From IMG/VR virus record IMGVR_UViG_3300033463_000010, positions 128,001-192,000 of that record: a stretch of 64,000 nt of DNA. One strand, 5' to 3'. A program made the translations under genes and the position numbers. The stretch is from a virus. Lineage: Duplodnaviria; Caudoviricetes. A model generated the notes under the pieces. That model saw nothing but the letters and a program-made list of their open reading frames with translations, searched no databases and was not told the origin of the DNA. This document shows, piece by piece, positions 41,827 through 51,918 of this stretch; the stretch's first letter is position 1, and each line of letters opens with the position of its first letter.

Positions 41827-44511
41827 TCAATGTGCAGCCTCAAACTTCGCCTGCCAATTTTCGGGCATACCCTCGGTCCGCAAGGCACCCACTTCGGTCA
41901 TTTTAGCCCAGGACCCGTCAACGTAAGACGCATCGGCTTCAATGACAAGCGGGACGCAAATCCACGGAAATTCTTCACTTACACGCTTCACACCGTTGCC
42001 ATAGACAATCTTCGCCACCTTGTCTTCTTCGCCCTCTTTAACGAGAGCAATAATAGCGTCGTGAATTTGTCCGATAATGCAGGAAAGCAAGCCCTGGGAC
42101 TTGAAGTCCTGCAAGTCGTATGTCAATGCTCGCAGCAAGATATGGAACGCAGAACCTTGAATGCAGCAGTTCGTAGCCTGGGTGTAACCCATAGGTCCCC
42201 AACAGCGGAAACCCGTGTAGGACTGCACATAGCCCATCTTTTGATAACGGTCCCATTCAGTCCTACGCCACGCATTATAGACCTTGAAGCGTTGGTTCCA
42301 AAATATATCGTCGCCTTTCTTGACGTGTGCTTCCCACTTTTCGTAGGTCGTAATCTTGTGGTCCTTTGCCAAATGTTCCTTTGTGTAGGCGGGCATATTG
42401 TTCCACATATTGCGGGCACACGACTTGTAGGACGCACCATAGAACGACGAGAACACATAGCCCGATTTGATAGACGAGCGTTCTTCCTTTGTAAGTTCTT
42501 CGGGCGTTCGGATATACATATCGCAAGCAGTGTCACGGTGCATATCCGAGGCGGGGTTCTGCAAGTAGTGAATCATCTGCGGGTCGTGGTGATAGCTTGC
42601 AGACACCATAACTTCCAGGGACTTGTAGTCCATTTCCATAAAGCGGTAGCCCTTTGGAGCCACGAACAGCGTTCGCAGGATTTTCTTCATTTCCTTATCA
42701 CGCTTTGGAATGTTTTGAAAATTCGGGCTGTCAGCCGACGAACGGTAGGTTCGGGGACCCGCATCGTCTTCACCGCCCGCACCCGTTGACAGATTAAAGA
42801 ACGGACGGATTAGGTAGGCTTGCTTTTCTTCGTCCCATACGGCTTCACGTCTGTAGCCGTCCAGGAAGTCCATAATCTTTGCCCAACGACGCATTCCCAA
42901 AATGGACTTGCAGAACGGGGTTCCCAACTTTTCCAGGGTGTCGCCCGTAGCGTCTTCCTTGCCCGAAGGCGGTTTCAGCTTGCAAATCTTGTAAAGGACT
43001 TCGGCAATTTGTTTGTTAGAGAGCGGGTTGAAAGTTTCGCCAGGGTGCAGCTTGCACCACTGCTTCGCTTCGTCGGACGCTTTGACGGCTTCTTCGGATT
43101 CCTTGAACTTGTCTTCAAGTTCCTTTTGCAAGTCGTTAATCCTGCCATAGTCAATCGGCAAACCCTCGGACTGCACACGGGCGAGAGCGTCCATACCTTT
43201 CATAAAGAAGCGGAACGATTTTTCAAGACCAACCATTTGTGCGGACTGAATGTCACGCAGCGGGAGCGTATAAATGGAGTCAAGACCGCAATAGTAGATA
43301 ATGTCGCCTTTGGGGACACCCACGCCCTTTTTGAGCAGGTTAAATGCGTTGCAGCTCTTTGTGTCTTCCCCGTCCATAATCGTAGAAATGAAATGGTCCG
43401 CTTTGTTGTCGTAGCCGATAACGCCCAATTCACAGTAGGTGTGGAATTTCAGCCCAACCTTTTGGGAGTTGTCTAGGACGTGGGCACCCAGGCAAGTGTC
43501 CCAGGACCAATTATCAATCCAATCGGTGCGGGAGTTATGCAGACCCGCCCTAAACCTGGTCCAACAGGCTTCATAGTCAGCCTTGTGTGCAACCAACCCG
43601 ATTTTCTTGTGGTGCGTGAGTTTATACCAGGCATTCACCAGGCGTTCGTTATCACCGTCCCACCAAATACCGATAGCGTGATACTCACCGTCCTTACGAT
43701 AGCCGACGGACGCAGCCTTGATTTCGTGACCTGCACGGTGGGGTTTCAAGCCCGTGGTTTCGTAGTCAATGGAAACGTCGTGATAGCCTTCGGGAGCCTT
43801 GTCAAGTTGGTCTGTTTCAGCCCATTCAATGATTTCTTCAATCCAATCGGCTGCGGTGTCTGCGTCACCCGTGGTGCGAACGTCCGTCGGGATTTTCGGC
43901 AGCGGTGTATCTTTGATTTGATAGGCTAGACGGATATGCTGCGAAAAATACATATACGGGCAACCGTCGTCACGCTGCCAGGTCAAAAATTCGGGTGAGT
44001 AAGTCGGGCAAATCCAACAGTTATAGAAGCGGTCGGGAATGCGTTTACCGTAAAGGTCCGATGGCTTCGTGTTGCCGATACGTCCGCTCATACGGTCCCA
44101 AATAAGTGCCTGGATAGCTGCGGGACCCATAGGAATGATTACGTTCGGCTTCAATTCGTTAATGAGCCTGTTCAAGCGTTCCTTGCAACAGTCGGGCTTC
44201 GGGTCCTTGTCGTTTTGGCACGGGCACGGGATTACATAACCAATCCAGGCGGATTCCAGGAAATCCCTGGGCAGTCCACGCCTACCCTGCAAGTCCCAAA
44301 GATAATCATACATTTTATGTAGGAACACCGTGTCGTGGTCGTTGCCTTCCTTTCCACGGGGGTGGTCGCACAGGAACAGAACCTTGTCCTTACCCTTACC
44401 TGCAAACGGTAAATCCTTGCCCGATTGGTCTAATCCGCAGGCTAGACAGCCTGTAAGTTTCGGCTTCGCTGACATTGCTTGAATGGCAGCAGGAATTTTG
44501 AAAAAGCCCAT
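41827..44511 (-). CDS. Family A DNA polymerase with N-terminal UDG-like domain and 3'-5' exonuclease
   Basis: DYETTG (Exo I), PNFQNIP, DYKSLE (motif A), R...K...F...YG (motif B), QIHD (motif C); N-terminal CxxC...ELKPNVIIPMG...PTYSP. Confidence 0.93.
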   Translation of the reverse strand: MGFFKIPAAIQAMSAKPKLTGCLACGLDQSGKDLPFAGKGKDKVLFLCDHPRGKEGNDHDTVFLHKMYDYLWDLQGRRGLPRDFLESAWIGYVIPCPCQNDKDPKPDCCKERLNRLINELKPNVIIPMGPAAIQALIWDRMSGRIGNTKPSDLYGKRIPDRFYNCWICPTYSPEFLTWQRDDGCPYMYFSQHIRLAYQIKDTPLPKIPTDVRTTGDADTAADWIEEIIEWAETDQLDKAPEGYHDVSIDYETTGLKPHRAGHEIKAASVGYRKDGEYHAIGIWWDGDNERLVNAWYKLTHHKKIGLVAHKADYEACWTRFRAGLHNSRTDWIDNWSWDTCLGAHVLDNSQKVGLKFHTYCELGVIGYDNKADHFISTIMDGEDTKSCNAFNLLKKGVGVPKGDIIYYCGLDSIYTLPLRDIQSAQMVGLEKSFRFFMKGMDALARVQSEGLPIDYGRINDLQKELEDKFKESEEAVKASDEAKQWCKLHPGETFNPLSNKQIAEVLYKICKLKPPSGKEDATGDTLEKLGTPFCKSILGMRRWAKIMDFLDGYRREAVWDEEKQAYLIRPFFNLSTGAGGEDDAGPRTYRSSADSPNFQNIPKRDKEMKKILRTLFVAPKGYRFMEMDYKSLEVMVSASYHHDPQMIHYLQNPASDMHRDTACDMYIRTPEELTKEERSSIKSGYVFSSFYGASYKSCARNMWNNMPAYTKEHLAKDHKITTYEKWEAHVKKGDDIFWNQRFKVYNAWRRTEWDRYQKMGYVQSYTGFRCWGPMGYTQATNCCIQGSAFHILLRALTYDLQDFKSQGLLSCIIGQIHDAIIALVKEGEEDKVAKIVYGNGVKRVSEEFPWICVPLVIEADASYVDGSWAKMTEVGALRTEGMPENWQAKFEAAH

Positions 44512-44580
44512 AAATCTTTATTCCGTAAACGTTAAACTTCTGTAATATAGATATAGCACAAGAGCGACTAAAAGATAGAA

Positions 44581-44606
44581 ATGCCGAAGCTATAAAGCCT
44601 CGGCAT
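44581..44606 (-). terminator. Hairpin/terminator after the clamp gene
   Basis: ATGCCGAGGCT-TTAT-AGCTTCGGCAT followed by a T-rich tail. Confidence 0.6.
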
Positions 44607-44631
44607 TCCTTTCTTACGAGGACACAACAAA

Positions 44632-45729
44632 CTATTTGGTAGCGGTCGCACCCTGGACGAACTGCATAAATTCGCCCGATTGGAAAACAAGGGACAAGGA
44701 CGGGGGAGCCGTCGGGTCCATATCCATATAGCAAAGGGTGAAGTCCATAACCTTGTTGGACGCTTCCAACAAGAACGAAGTGTTCACCCAAACTTCGGTG
44801 TCCTGCGGGTCTTCTTCAAGTTCGGTTTCCCACGGGATTGTTTCGGACGCTTCACCGCCTGTCTTTTCGGCATACAGTTCAAGTTCGTCCTTACGGAACG
44901 TCAAACGCACCATACGGGCATTCTTCTTGTCAACCCCCGAAGCAAGGATAGCCACACGGGACACGGCTTCTGCGATATTGTTCGGCAGACGACCCTTGAC
45001 GAGAACCTTTGCTTTTTCAAATGCGGTCGGGAACGTAGAAAGACCGTCAAACGGGTAGGCTACGTGGTCCTTACGCTTTGCAGAAAACACGGTGCCGTCG
45101 GCATACTTGAGGTGCAACCAGGCATCGCTTACGCAGTAGCCCGTCGGGGTGCCAACCTTGAAAGCGTTGTTGAACGTCGTATCGTCAACCCAAAACGGGT
45201 CCATACGTTCGGACAACTTGTTAATGCAGACACGCACGGAGTCGGTTTCATAGACTGCGGAGCCTTCGCCATAGTCATTCACTGCAACGCCACGGATATT
45301 TTCAGCGTTACCCGAAAGATTACAGATATTCACAGCGTCAATGAACGCTTCGGGGAGGGGCTTGTATTCAAGCGACACCACGTTAAGGTCACGAATAAGG
45401 TTCATTACTTTGGACGAATCCTGGAGGGTCATAGCAGCCTTTGTGCGACCCGCCTTGATTTTAACCTTTGAGTCCACGACTTCAAGCGACAGAGTAACGT
45501 CGGACATACGGGAAACAAGGTTAAAGAAGTCCGCACCCTTTACAGAGAACGAAACGTTCTGCGTGTCGCACGGGGCAGACACAGCGATTTCGCTGTTGTA
45601 GGAACTGACCGACGCACCCGTGAAAAGAAGGAGGTCCGTGCCGTCAATCATAGTGTTGCCTGTTTCAACACCAGGCATTACCTTTTTGAGAGATTCAATG
45701 AGTTTAGCTTTTTCAATTTGGATTGCCAT
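44632..45729 (-). CDS. Sliding clamp (DNA polymerase III beta-like)
   Basis: 365 aa; I.K..L..SLKKV, ETDSVR, YP, AVSRVAIL, VWVNTSFLLE match the beta-clamp pattern. Confidence 0.75.
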   Translation of the reverse strand: MAIQIEKAKLIESLKKVMPGVETGNTMIDGTDLLLFTGASVSSYNSEIAVSAPCDTQNVSFSVKGADFFNLVSRMSDVTLSLEVVDSKVKIKAGRTKAAMTLQDSSKVMNLIRDLNVVSLEYKPLPEAFIDAVNICNLSGNAENIRGVAVNDYGEGSAVYETDSVRVCINKLSERMDPFWVDDTTFNNAFKVGTPTGYCVSDAWLHLKYADGTVFSAKRKDHVAYPFDGLSTFPTAFEKAKVLVKGRLPNNIAEAVSRVAILASGVDKKNARMVRLTFRKDELELYAEKTGGEASETIPWETELEEDPQDTEVWVNTSFLLEASNKVMDFTLCYMDMDPTAPPSLSLVFQSGEFMQFVQGATATK

Positions 45730-45794
45730 TGTAGGTTTCCTTTATGTTGTTGTGTTCACGATAGATATATAGTTATATAGCAACATACTATCGG

Positions 45795-46409
45795 TTAGAA
45801 GTGGTCCCAAGCCTCGGTGTCCACGCTGAAGCCCTCAACAATTACGGGGGCTGCTTCGTGGGCATAGGGCAGGGCACGGACCGTGTTGTATTCGTAAAAT
45901 TCTTCTGCGTCACGCAGTTTCAGTTCTTGCAGCAGTTCGGGATTTTGGAGTTCTTCTTCGGAGTATTCGCCCTTGTGAAGTTCCGCAATATCCTTGTCGT
46001 CGTAGTCGTCTGCAATACACTTGATACAGAGCTGCCTTTCATACACTGCAACAGTGACCTGGACTTCTTCGGTAAACTCACGGTCAAACAGGAACTTGCG
46101 GTAATCATCCCTGGCGACCCAGGACTTAATCCACCCCACCGTAAGTTCGTTCTTGCCCGTTTCTGCCACAAGCTGCATCCTGCACGACGACAAGAGGTCA
46201 TTTGCGGTAAGCCATTTTTCCAGGTCTTTAAGGGTGTATTCCTTGTCCCTGGTCCTGGTGACTTCCGTTGTGCCAATCATAGCCTTTTCAAGCCCGTGCA
46301 GAATGCAAATGTTGTCACCCTCAAATTCGTCACGGCAGGTCGCTTCGTCAAATCGTTCCTTGACGAGTGCCCCGCAGTGGTCCAAATTGTATTCGGTATT
46401 CTGTTCCAT
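45795..46409 (-). CDS. Hypothetical protein
   Basis: ACCGAGGA RBS; internal segment LKDLEKWL...LTVGWI resembles an insertion in the RecA-like protein (LPNLKAWL...LSVDWI). Confidence 0.65.
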   Translation of the reverse strand: MEQNTEYNLDHCGALVKERFDEATCRDEFEGDNICILHGLEKAMIGTTEVTRTRDKEYTLKDLEKWLTANDLLSSCRMQLVAETGKNELTVGWIKSWVARDDYRKFLFDREFTEEVQVTVAVYERQLCIKCIADDYDDKDIAELHKGEYSEEELQNPELLQELKLRDAEEFYEYNTVRALPYAHEAAPVIVEGFSVDTEAWDHF

Positions 46410-46433
46410 ATTATCCTCGGTTTTGTCGGTTAA

Positions 46434-47915
46434 TTATCTACGGGGGCGACCGCCACGGCTACCCGTGCGTCTTCCCGTCCGTCTTGCGGGCATACTGTCT
46501 TCGTCTTCGCTGCCGTCCCATTGTTCTTCCTGGCTCATATCCACACGGGACAACAGTTCGCATTCCATATAAGGTCTGCCGATAGCCAAACAGGTGGTGC
46601 AGACAACAGAATCCTGGACGGGGGCACCGTCACGGGTCGTATTGCAGGCAAGGCGGGTAATGCCACGCTTCTTTTCTGTGGGCGTGTGGTTAATCGTAAT
46701 CATTTTGGTTACGTGAGCCACCTTTCGTATATCTTCGGACACCTGGTTTTCGGCTGCGTCCTGTTCGCCACCCACGGTAGCACGTCCCGTTTGAGAAACG
46801 GTTGCGAGCATACACTTACGTGTGCTTGCAAGACCACGGAGGGCTTTCCAACAGCGGTTAATCTTTTCACGTTCGTCGCTGCCAGGTCCCAGGTCCATAA
46901 TGTCTGCGTAGTCCACGCAGATAACTTCGGGTGCCCAACCGTTATAGACTTCCATATCCTTGAGTTCGGCTTCAAGACCCTTTACGGACAGGGTGCCCGT
47001 CGGGAACGTTCGCAGTTCAAACTTGTCGTTACGGGTAATCTTACGGAACGCAGCCTGGGCTTTCTCAATGCCCTCAATGCTTGCGTCCACCCTATGCGAC
47101 GGTTCGCTAACGTCTGCAAGTTGTGCGTTGCCCTCGTCGTCATAGACCATAACGGGATAATGCAATTCTTCGCCATAGCGGGACGAACCCGTAAGCATTT
47201 GCCAAAATCTACGGACAACCTGCTTTTCGGACATTTCTAGCGAAACGTAAAGGACGTGCTTTCCCTGCAACGCAGCCTGGACCGCAATAGTCATAAGCCA
47301 CCAGGTCTTACCGCTTTTCGGTGGACCGATAACGGCTACGAAGTCTTCCTGGATAAAGGGACCGATAACGCTGCCCAGGACACCAGGCATTGTAAAGATT
47401 TCTTCTTCCTCGTTGACGAAAGCGTTGGCGATTGTGGCAGCGTCCCTAAACAGGTTCACGACCTGTGCCTGTCGCACGTCGGGCTTCGTAAATTCCGCAA
47501 TAGCGTGATACCCGCTAGATACATCCCCGTTTTGAACTGCTCGGTTCAACTTTTCCGTTAGCAGGACCAGGGTGCGTTTCTGCAAATACTTGATAGCGTT
47601 GTCTGTAGCCAGGGCTTCGTTTGTCGGCAACCATTCGTCGGACGCAGTGTCAAGAAAAGCCTTGACCATTTCCCCGTCGGCTTCTTTGAGTTCCGTATAA
47701 CGGTTGGCATAAATGTCACTAATTGCCGTCTTCGGTGCTTCGCCATAGCGGTCATAGAAAGTCAAGACCCACGACGAAACAATCTTGCCCATATTGCTTT
47801 CAAACAGGATAGGGTCACACGACTTTCGGCATTTAGCCAAAAGGGGCGTGGACATAATCATATTCGCTAAAAGCCTACGTTCTTCGCTAATATCTACTTT
47901 TTGGCGTTGGAGCAT
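46434..47915 (-). CDS. Replicative DnaB-like helicase
   Basis: GPPKSGKT, SLEMS, VDYAD, TVSQ. Confidence 0.92.
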   Translation of the reverse strand: MLQRQKVDISEERRLLANMIMSTPLLAKCRKSCDPILFESNMGKIVSSWVLTFYDRYGEAPKTAISDIYANRYTELKEADGEMVKAFLDTASDEWLPTNEALATDNAIKYLQKRTLVLLTEKLNRAVQNGDVSSGYHAIAEFTKPDVRQAQVVNLFRDAATIANAFVNEEEEIFTMPGVLGSVIGPFIQEDFVAVIGPPKSGKTWWLMTIAVQAALQGKHVLYVSLEMSEKQVVRRFWQMLTGSSRYGEELHYPVMVYDDEGNAQLADVSEPSHRVDASIEGIEKAQAAFRKITRNDKFELRTFPTGTLSVKGLEAELKDMEVYNGWAPEVICVDYADIMDLGPGSDEREKINRCWKALRGLASTRKCMLATVSQTGRATVGGEQDAAENQVSEDIRKVAHVTKMITINHTPTEKKRGITRLACNTTRDGAPVQDSVVCTTCLAIGRPYMECELLSRVDMSQEEQWDGSEDEDSMPARRTGRRTGSRGGRPRR

Positions 47916-47949
47916 TTAAAACTTATCCTCGTAAGATATATATAGTCCG

Positions 47950-50172
47950 TTAGCGACCAAACCTGGCACCCTTGCGTTCCAGGATTTCTGTCAGCAAGTC
48001 GGTGGAAGCGGTTTCCTTTCCGTCCAAAACGCCATCAAGCATTTTCGCCCTAGCGTCCAGGACTTCAATGGCTTCCATATCCACGGTTCCAGGTGCTACA
48101 AGATAGTAAGAAGTGACGGAGTTATGCTGCCCCGACCTGTGCAGACGGTCTTCTGCCTGCCTGTGGAAGTTCGGGGTGTGCGAAAATTCAGCGAAAGCCA
48201 CATCGGAGCAGACTTCCTGGAAGCCGTCAATGCCGACACCGCCCGCCTGGATATTGGCGACGATTACACGGCACTTCGGGTCGTTAATGAACTTCTTACG
48301 GGCTTCTTCACGTTCCGTGGCGGTCATACCGCCATAGATAATCGCAGGGCTGTAATCCTTGAGCGTGTCATAGAGGACTTCCACGACGGAGCGGTGCCAC
48401 GCAAACAGCAGCAACTTCTTGTCCGATTCCAGGAAGTCTTCAATCCACTGCAACATAGACTTCTCTTTGAGTGCGTAGGCGGTTCGGAGCAGGTGGGCGA
48501 CCTTGTTGCGGGCGTTCTCACGCTCGCCCTTGATAGTTTCACCCGAAAATGCGATACGTTCCTCTTCGTAGTAATCGTCCATAGCGGATTGGTCCACTTC
48601 AAGCGGGACGACTTCCATAACTTTGGGCGGGAGGTCTTTCATTACTTCGTTCTTCGTCCTGCGGAGCATACAGCGGACAAGCAGTTCGTGGAGTTCTTCC
48701 ACGTTGGACGCACCGTTGAACTTTACCCTGCCATAGCTGTCGGTCTGCGGGTCACAATACCTGTTCTTGAACATATAGAAGTTCTTGAACATAGACGGTT
48801 CCACGATAGAAAGCAGCGTCCAAAACTGCATAGGCTTTGACATAGCGGGCGTTCCGCTCATACCGATACAGTGCGGGATAATCTTTGAGAGTTCCTTGAA
48901 AGCGATAGCTCTTTGAGAATCGGGGTTTCCGATAGCCTGCACTTCGTCGCCTACAAGCAGACGGAACCCAACCTGGGCGAGCGGACCATCGCACACGTAG
49001 AACACGTTGGTTTCACCGTTGCGTTCGGTGGACTCAAAGTGCCCCGCCCAATCCGAAAGCACGTCCCAATTTATGATATAGCTCTTATACTTTGACAGCG
49101 GGTGCGGGGTCTTACCGCTCAACACTTCAACGTCGGGGTAGTGCTTCTTTGTAGCCCCTACCCATTTCCTATACGCTTCCTGCCACTGCAACTTCGTAGG
49201 GGCGTTCACCACATAGAGAGCGGGATAGGCATTCGCATAGACCATCCAGGACAACGCTTCTACGGTCTTACCGCAGTTGTGGACGACTGTATGGTTCGCA
49301 ACAAAGTTCCCAAAATTCAGCACCTTTACGTCGTAGGTCATTCGCATTCCTGCGGACGTGATAGACACGACTTTCGCCATAGCGGACTTGCCGTCCCTTT
49401 CAACCTGGACGTATGCGTTCAAGGTGTCCTTGATTTCGGTCCAACCGCTATCCGTAAGCACCTTATGGTCGGGCGTGGCAATAATGTAGGTATCGTCTTC
49501 AAGGGTAGCGTGGACGCAGCGTTTGATACCGCTTTGGATAACGTCCACGACTTCGCCCATACCCAACGTATGCCCGTCTGCCAACAAACACTGAATATCC
49601 CAATCGCACGTCCCCTTTGTCCTGGCGAAAGCACGATACAGGGATTCCAGGGAAGTCTTGCGGGTCTTCCCGTTATTTCGGACGGTCACGGTCATATCGC
49701 CACAGACGCAGCCCATTTCGTCGCCCAGGGCAAGGCGACCGTGACGGAGCTGTGCGAACTTCAAGAAATCAATTTGGTAAGAACGCAGCCCAGGAATAAG
49801 GGTCCCTTCGGGGTCCAACTTCGTAGCGTCAATTTTTGCCTGCTGCTTGATACGGGGGTCAACCCTCTTTTCATTCGGGTCCTTTTCTTTCGGGGGTTTT
49901 GTCCAACCCGAAGCCTCCATCCAGGTCTTCGTCCCAATGTCCCAGGGCACTTCCCATTTTTGAGTTGCAGCGTTGTATTGACGTTTGGGCAACTTGCGAA
50001 CACCTTCAAGAACTTTCCTCCAGGCATCCTTGTTATGCGTGAACCAGGACAACGCCACAATGGATTTGTCAACTTTCGTAAATTCGGCTTCGTATCGCAC
50101 ACCCGCAATAGGTTCAATGGGCGTGGGGGCACGGCTCAATCTGTCCGACAAGCCAATAAGGTCATAACTCAT
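47950..50172 (-). CDS. SNF2-family helicase containing a mini-intein
   Basis: LRSYQ, DEMG|CGKT, DEVQ, SGTP, GGVGID, QAEDRLHRSGQ. Confidence 0.92.
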   Translation of the reverse strand: MSYDLIGLSDRLSRAPTPIEPIAGVRYEAEFTKVDKSIVALSWFTHNKDAWRKVLEGVRKLPKRQYNAATQKWEVPWDIGTKTWMEASGWTKPPKEKDPNEKRVDPRIKQQAKIDATKLDPEGTLIPGLRSYQIDFLKFAQLRHGRLALGDEMGCVCGDMTVTVRNNGKTRKTSLESLYRAFARTKGTCDWDIQCLLADGHTLGMGEVVDVIQSGIKRCVHATLEDDTYIIATPDHKVLTDSGWTEIKDTLNAYVQVERDGKSAMAKVVSITSAGMRMTYDVKVLNFGNFVANHTVVHNCGKTVEALSWMVYANAYPALYVVNAPTKLQWQEAYRKWVGATKKHYPDVEVLSGKTPHPLSKYKSYIINWDVLSDWAGHFESTERNGETNVFYVCDGPLAQVGFRLLVGDEVQAIGNPDSQRAIAFKELSKIIPHCIGMSGTPAMSKPMQFWTLLSIVEPSMFKNFYMFKNRYCDPQTDSYGRVKFNGASNVEELHELLVRCMLRRTKNEVMKDLPPKVMEVVPLEVDQSAMDDYYEEERIAFSGETIKGERENARNKVAHLLRTAYALKEKSMLQWIEDFLESDKKLLLFAWHRSVVEVLYDTLKDYSPAIIYGGMTATEREEARKKFINDPKCRVIVANIQAGGVGIDGFQEVCSDVAFAEFSHTPNFHRQAEDRLHRSGQHNSVTSYYLVAPGTVDMEAIEVLDARAKMLDGVLDGKETASTDLLTEILERKGARFGR
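49276..49710 (-). mobile_element. Mini-intein (145 aa, no homing endonuclease) in Walker A
   Basis: Starts C(VCGD), TPDH block B, YDVKV..NFVAN block F, ends HN followed by Cys+1. Confidence 0.93.
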
Positions 50173-50175
50173 ATC

Positions 50176-51255
50176 TTAACCATTCCTATAATCGGGGATT
50201 GTTACGTTACGGTTCGTTCGGCACCACTGCACGAAACGGAACCACCTTTCATTTCCAGGATAGATAAACGTCAATGGAAGCACCTTGCCGTTGGCAGACG
50301 CATTCCATTCTTTCACAAGCGTTACCGCCATACCTACGTCGGCAAGACGGACCCTGTTATCCACCACGGACATAAGCATATCACGGTTGGCGTAATACCA
50401 ATCCACGAATTTTTTAACGCCATTCCAATAGGTAGCCATAGACGTGGACGGCATACCCCGCAGGTATTCCGAATCCTTGATAGCCTGTTCCGCAGCGGTT
50501 ACAGCCAACTTCGGGAGTGCGGATTTGATAGCGGTGTCCTTGTTCATTTCCCACAGGACCTCGCAAAACGGACTCCATTCCGTGCCCGCCTTTGTCTGCG
50601 AGCAAAGGAACGAAGCCAGGGACTTGCGGGGTATCTTCCCGTTCTCAATGGGCGGGAACCAATACCCGCCATTCTTGTGGGCGTTTTCCACGTAGTCCAG
50701 GCATTTTTCAATAGTGTCTAGGGCAGACGGAATGTCGGTAAACTTTTCTTTCAAGAGAGCGGGACCGCCCCCTTTCTGTTCGGTCTTCGCCAACCATTTC
50801 TTGTCCCACTTGTGGGAGTTCACGAAAAATCCCGTCGCAAGCCAAACGACTTCACGGCAGGTCGTGTCCCAAACATTACTGCTCAACTTCGTTGCAGACA
50901 GGAACGAATAGGACTGCGTGAGTTCGTGAAGCCTGCTCAAATCGGCATCGGACATACTGTCCTTATGGGCGACCAGGTGCAGGTTAAATCCACGCTTGGG
51001 GGCTTCTGCTTTTGGCTTCGGCTTGGGCTGCTTCGGTCGGTCCTCACGGATTGTTGCGTGGGTTCGGACAACAGAAAAACGGGGGGCAGCGAACTGTTCC
51101 GTGAACAGGTCTTGTGCTTCCAGGCGAACTTCAAGAATATCCTTGCCACGGACGACGACACGGGCAGAAACGCCCTCGTTTTTCAGCCATTCGTTCAACT
51201 TGGGCAAAAGTGTGTTAGCTGTTTCTGCCATCACGCACCCTTTAACGTCTTCCAC
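50176..51255 (-). CDS. Hypothetical protein in the replication module
   Basis: Long ORF in operon context. Confidence 0.7.
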   Translation of the reverse strand: MEDVKGCVMAETANTLLPKLNEWLKNEGVSARVVVRGKDILEVRLEAQDLFTEQFAAPRFSVVRTHATIREDRPKQPKPKPKAEAPKRGFNLHLVAHKDSMSDADLSRLHELTQSYSFLSATKLSSNVWDTTCREVVWLATGFFVNSHKWDKKWLAKTEQKGGGPALLKEKFTDIPSALDTIEKCLDYVENAHKNGGYWFPPIENGKIPRKSLASFLCSQTKAGTEWSPFCEVLWEMNKDTAIKSALPKLAVTAAEQAIKDSEYLRGMPSTSMATYWNGVKKFVDWYYANRDMLMSVVDNRVRLADVGMAVTLVKEWNASANGKVLPLTFIYPGNERWFRFVQWCRTNRNVTIPDYRNG

Positions 51256-51611
51256 TTTTGCAGCATTTGTTCAAACGTGCCCAACGGTATCGGGCAGGTC
51301 TTGATAAAGATATTCCCCAATTTCTTCTGTGACAAATCCGCTTCGGACAATGCAGGAGCTATCGGGAGCATTTTGCCACGATAGAGCGGGTCAAACCATA
51401 CAGCGGACGGCTTCCACTTGCGTCGCTGCATTTCACGGATTACCTTGCCGTGATACCAAACCAATGAACCCCAGGGGAGTGCATAGAACCAGGTCCTCAC
51501 ATTCGTGGGGCTACGCCACTGCGACGAGCGGATTTTACAAATGTCCCTGTGCAGGGCTGTCAGCAGCCTGTCGGGTAGTTCGGGTAAAAGATTAGGGTGC
51601 CAAAGTTGCAT
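51231..51611 (-). CDS. Pyrimidine-dimer glycosylase/endonuclease V-like protein
   Basis: MQLWHP.L.P.LP...L.ALHRDIC.IR...YH..VI.EM.RR. Confidence 0.7.
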   Translation of the reverse strand: MQLWHPNLLPELPDRLLTALHRDICKIRSSQWRSPTNVRTWFYALPWGSLVWYHGKVIREMQRRKWKPSAVWFDPLYRGKMLPIAPALSEADLSQKKLGNIFIKTCPIPLGTFEQMLQKWKTLKGA

Positions 51612-51876
51612 TAGTCGTGTCCTTGTCTTGTAAATTTTTTATGACGCTAACGATTTCGTCAATAGAATCACAGCCGTCAAAAGAGCCGTCCTGGACAGTA
51701 ATAAAGAAATCGGATTCCACGTCGCATTCCAAAAACAGCCTATCTACGTTGTCAAAGCAGGTAACGCTAGACAGGCGTTCGGAATTTTCCAGGCATTCCC
51801 GTGTGGTGCCGTATTGGTTTTCAAACCAATCTAGCACCCATTCTTTGATATTGGTCGTGTTGGTTAAGTCTTTCAT
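51592..51876 (-). CDS. Acyl-carrier-protein-like protein lacking the attachment Ser
   Basis: Acidic, 94 aa, FDNVDRLFL..DVESDFFITV.D......SIDEIVSVI versus ACP DSLD.VEL...LEEEF.I.I.D. Confidence 0.55.
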   Translation of the reverse strand: MKDLTNTTNIKEWVLDWFENQYGTTRECLENSERLSSVTCFDNVDRLFLECDVESDFFITVQDGSFDGCDSIDEIVSVIKNLQDKDTTNATLAP

Positions 51877-51918
51877 AGCTCACTACTACATATATAGCAA
51901 GATACCGCCAAACTTGCA

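Noticed and set aside
49102-50721. Long plus-strand ORFs (539 aa here; also 41830-42789, 44680-45471, 60700-61695 and others)
   Set aside because: Antisense shadows of clearly identifiable or much longer minus-strand genes, with no recognisable motifs
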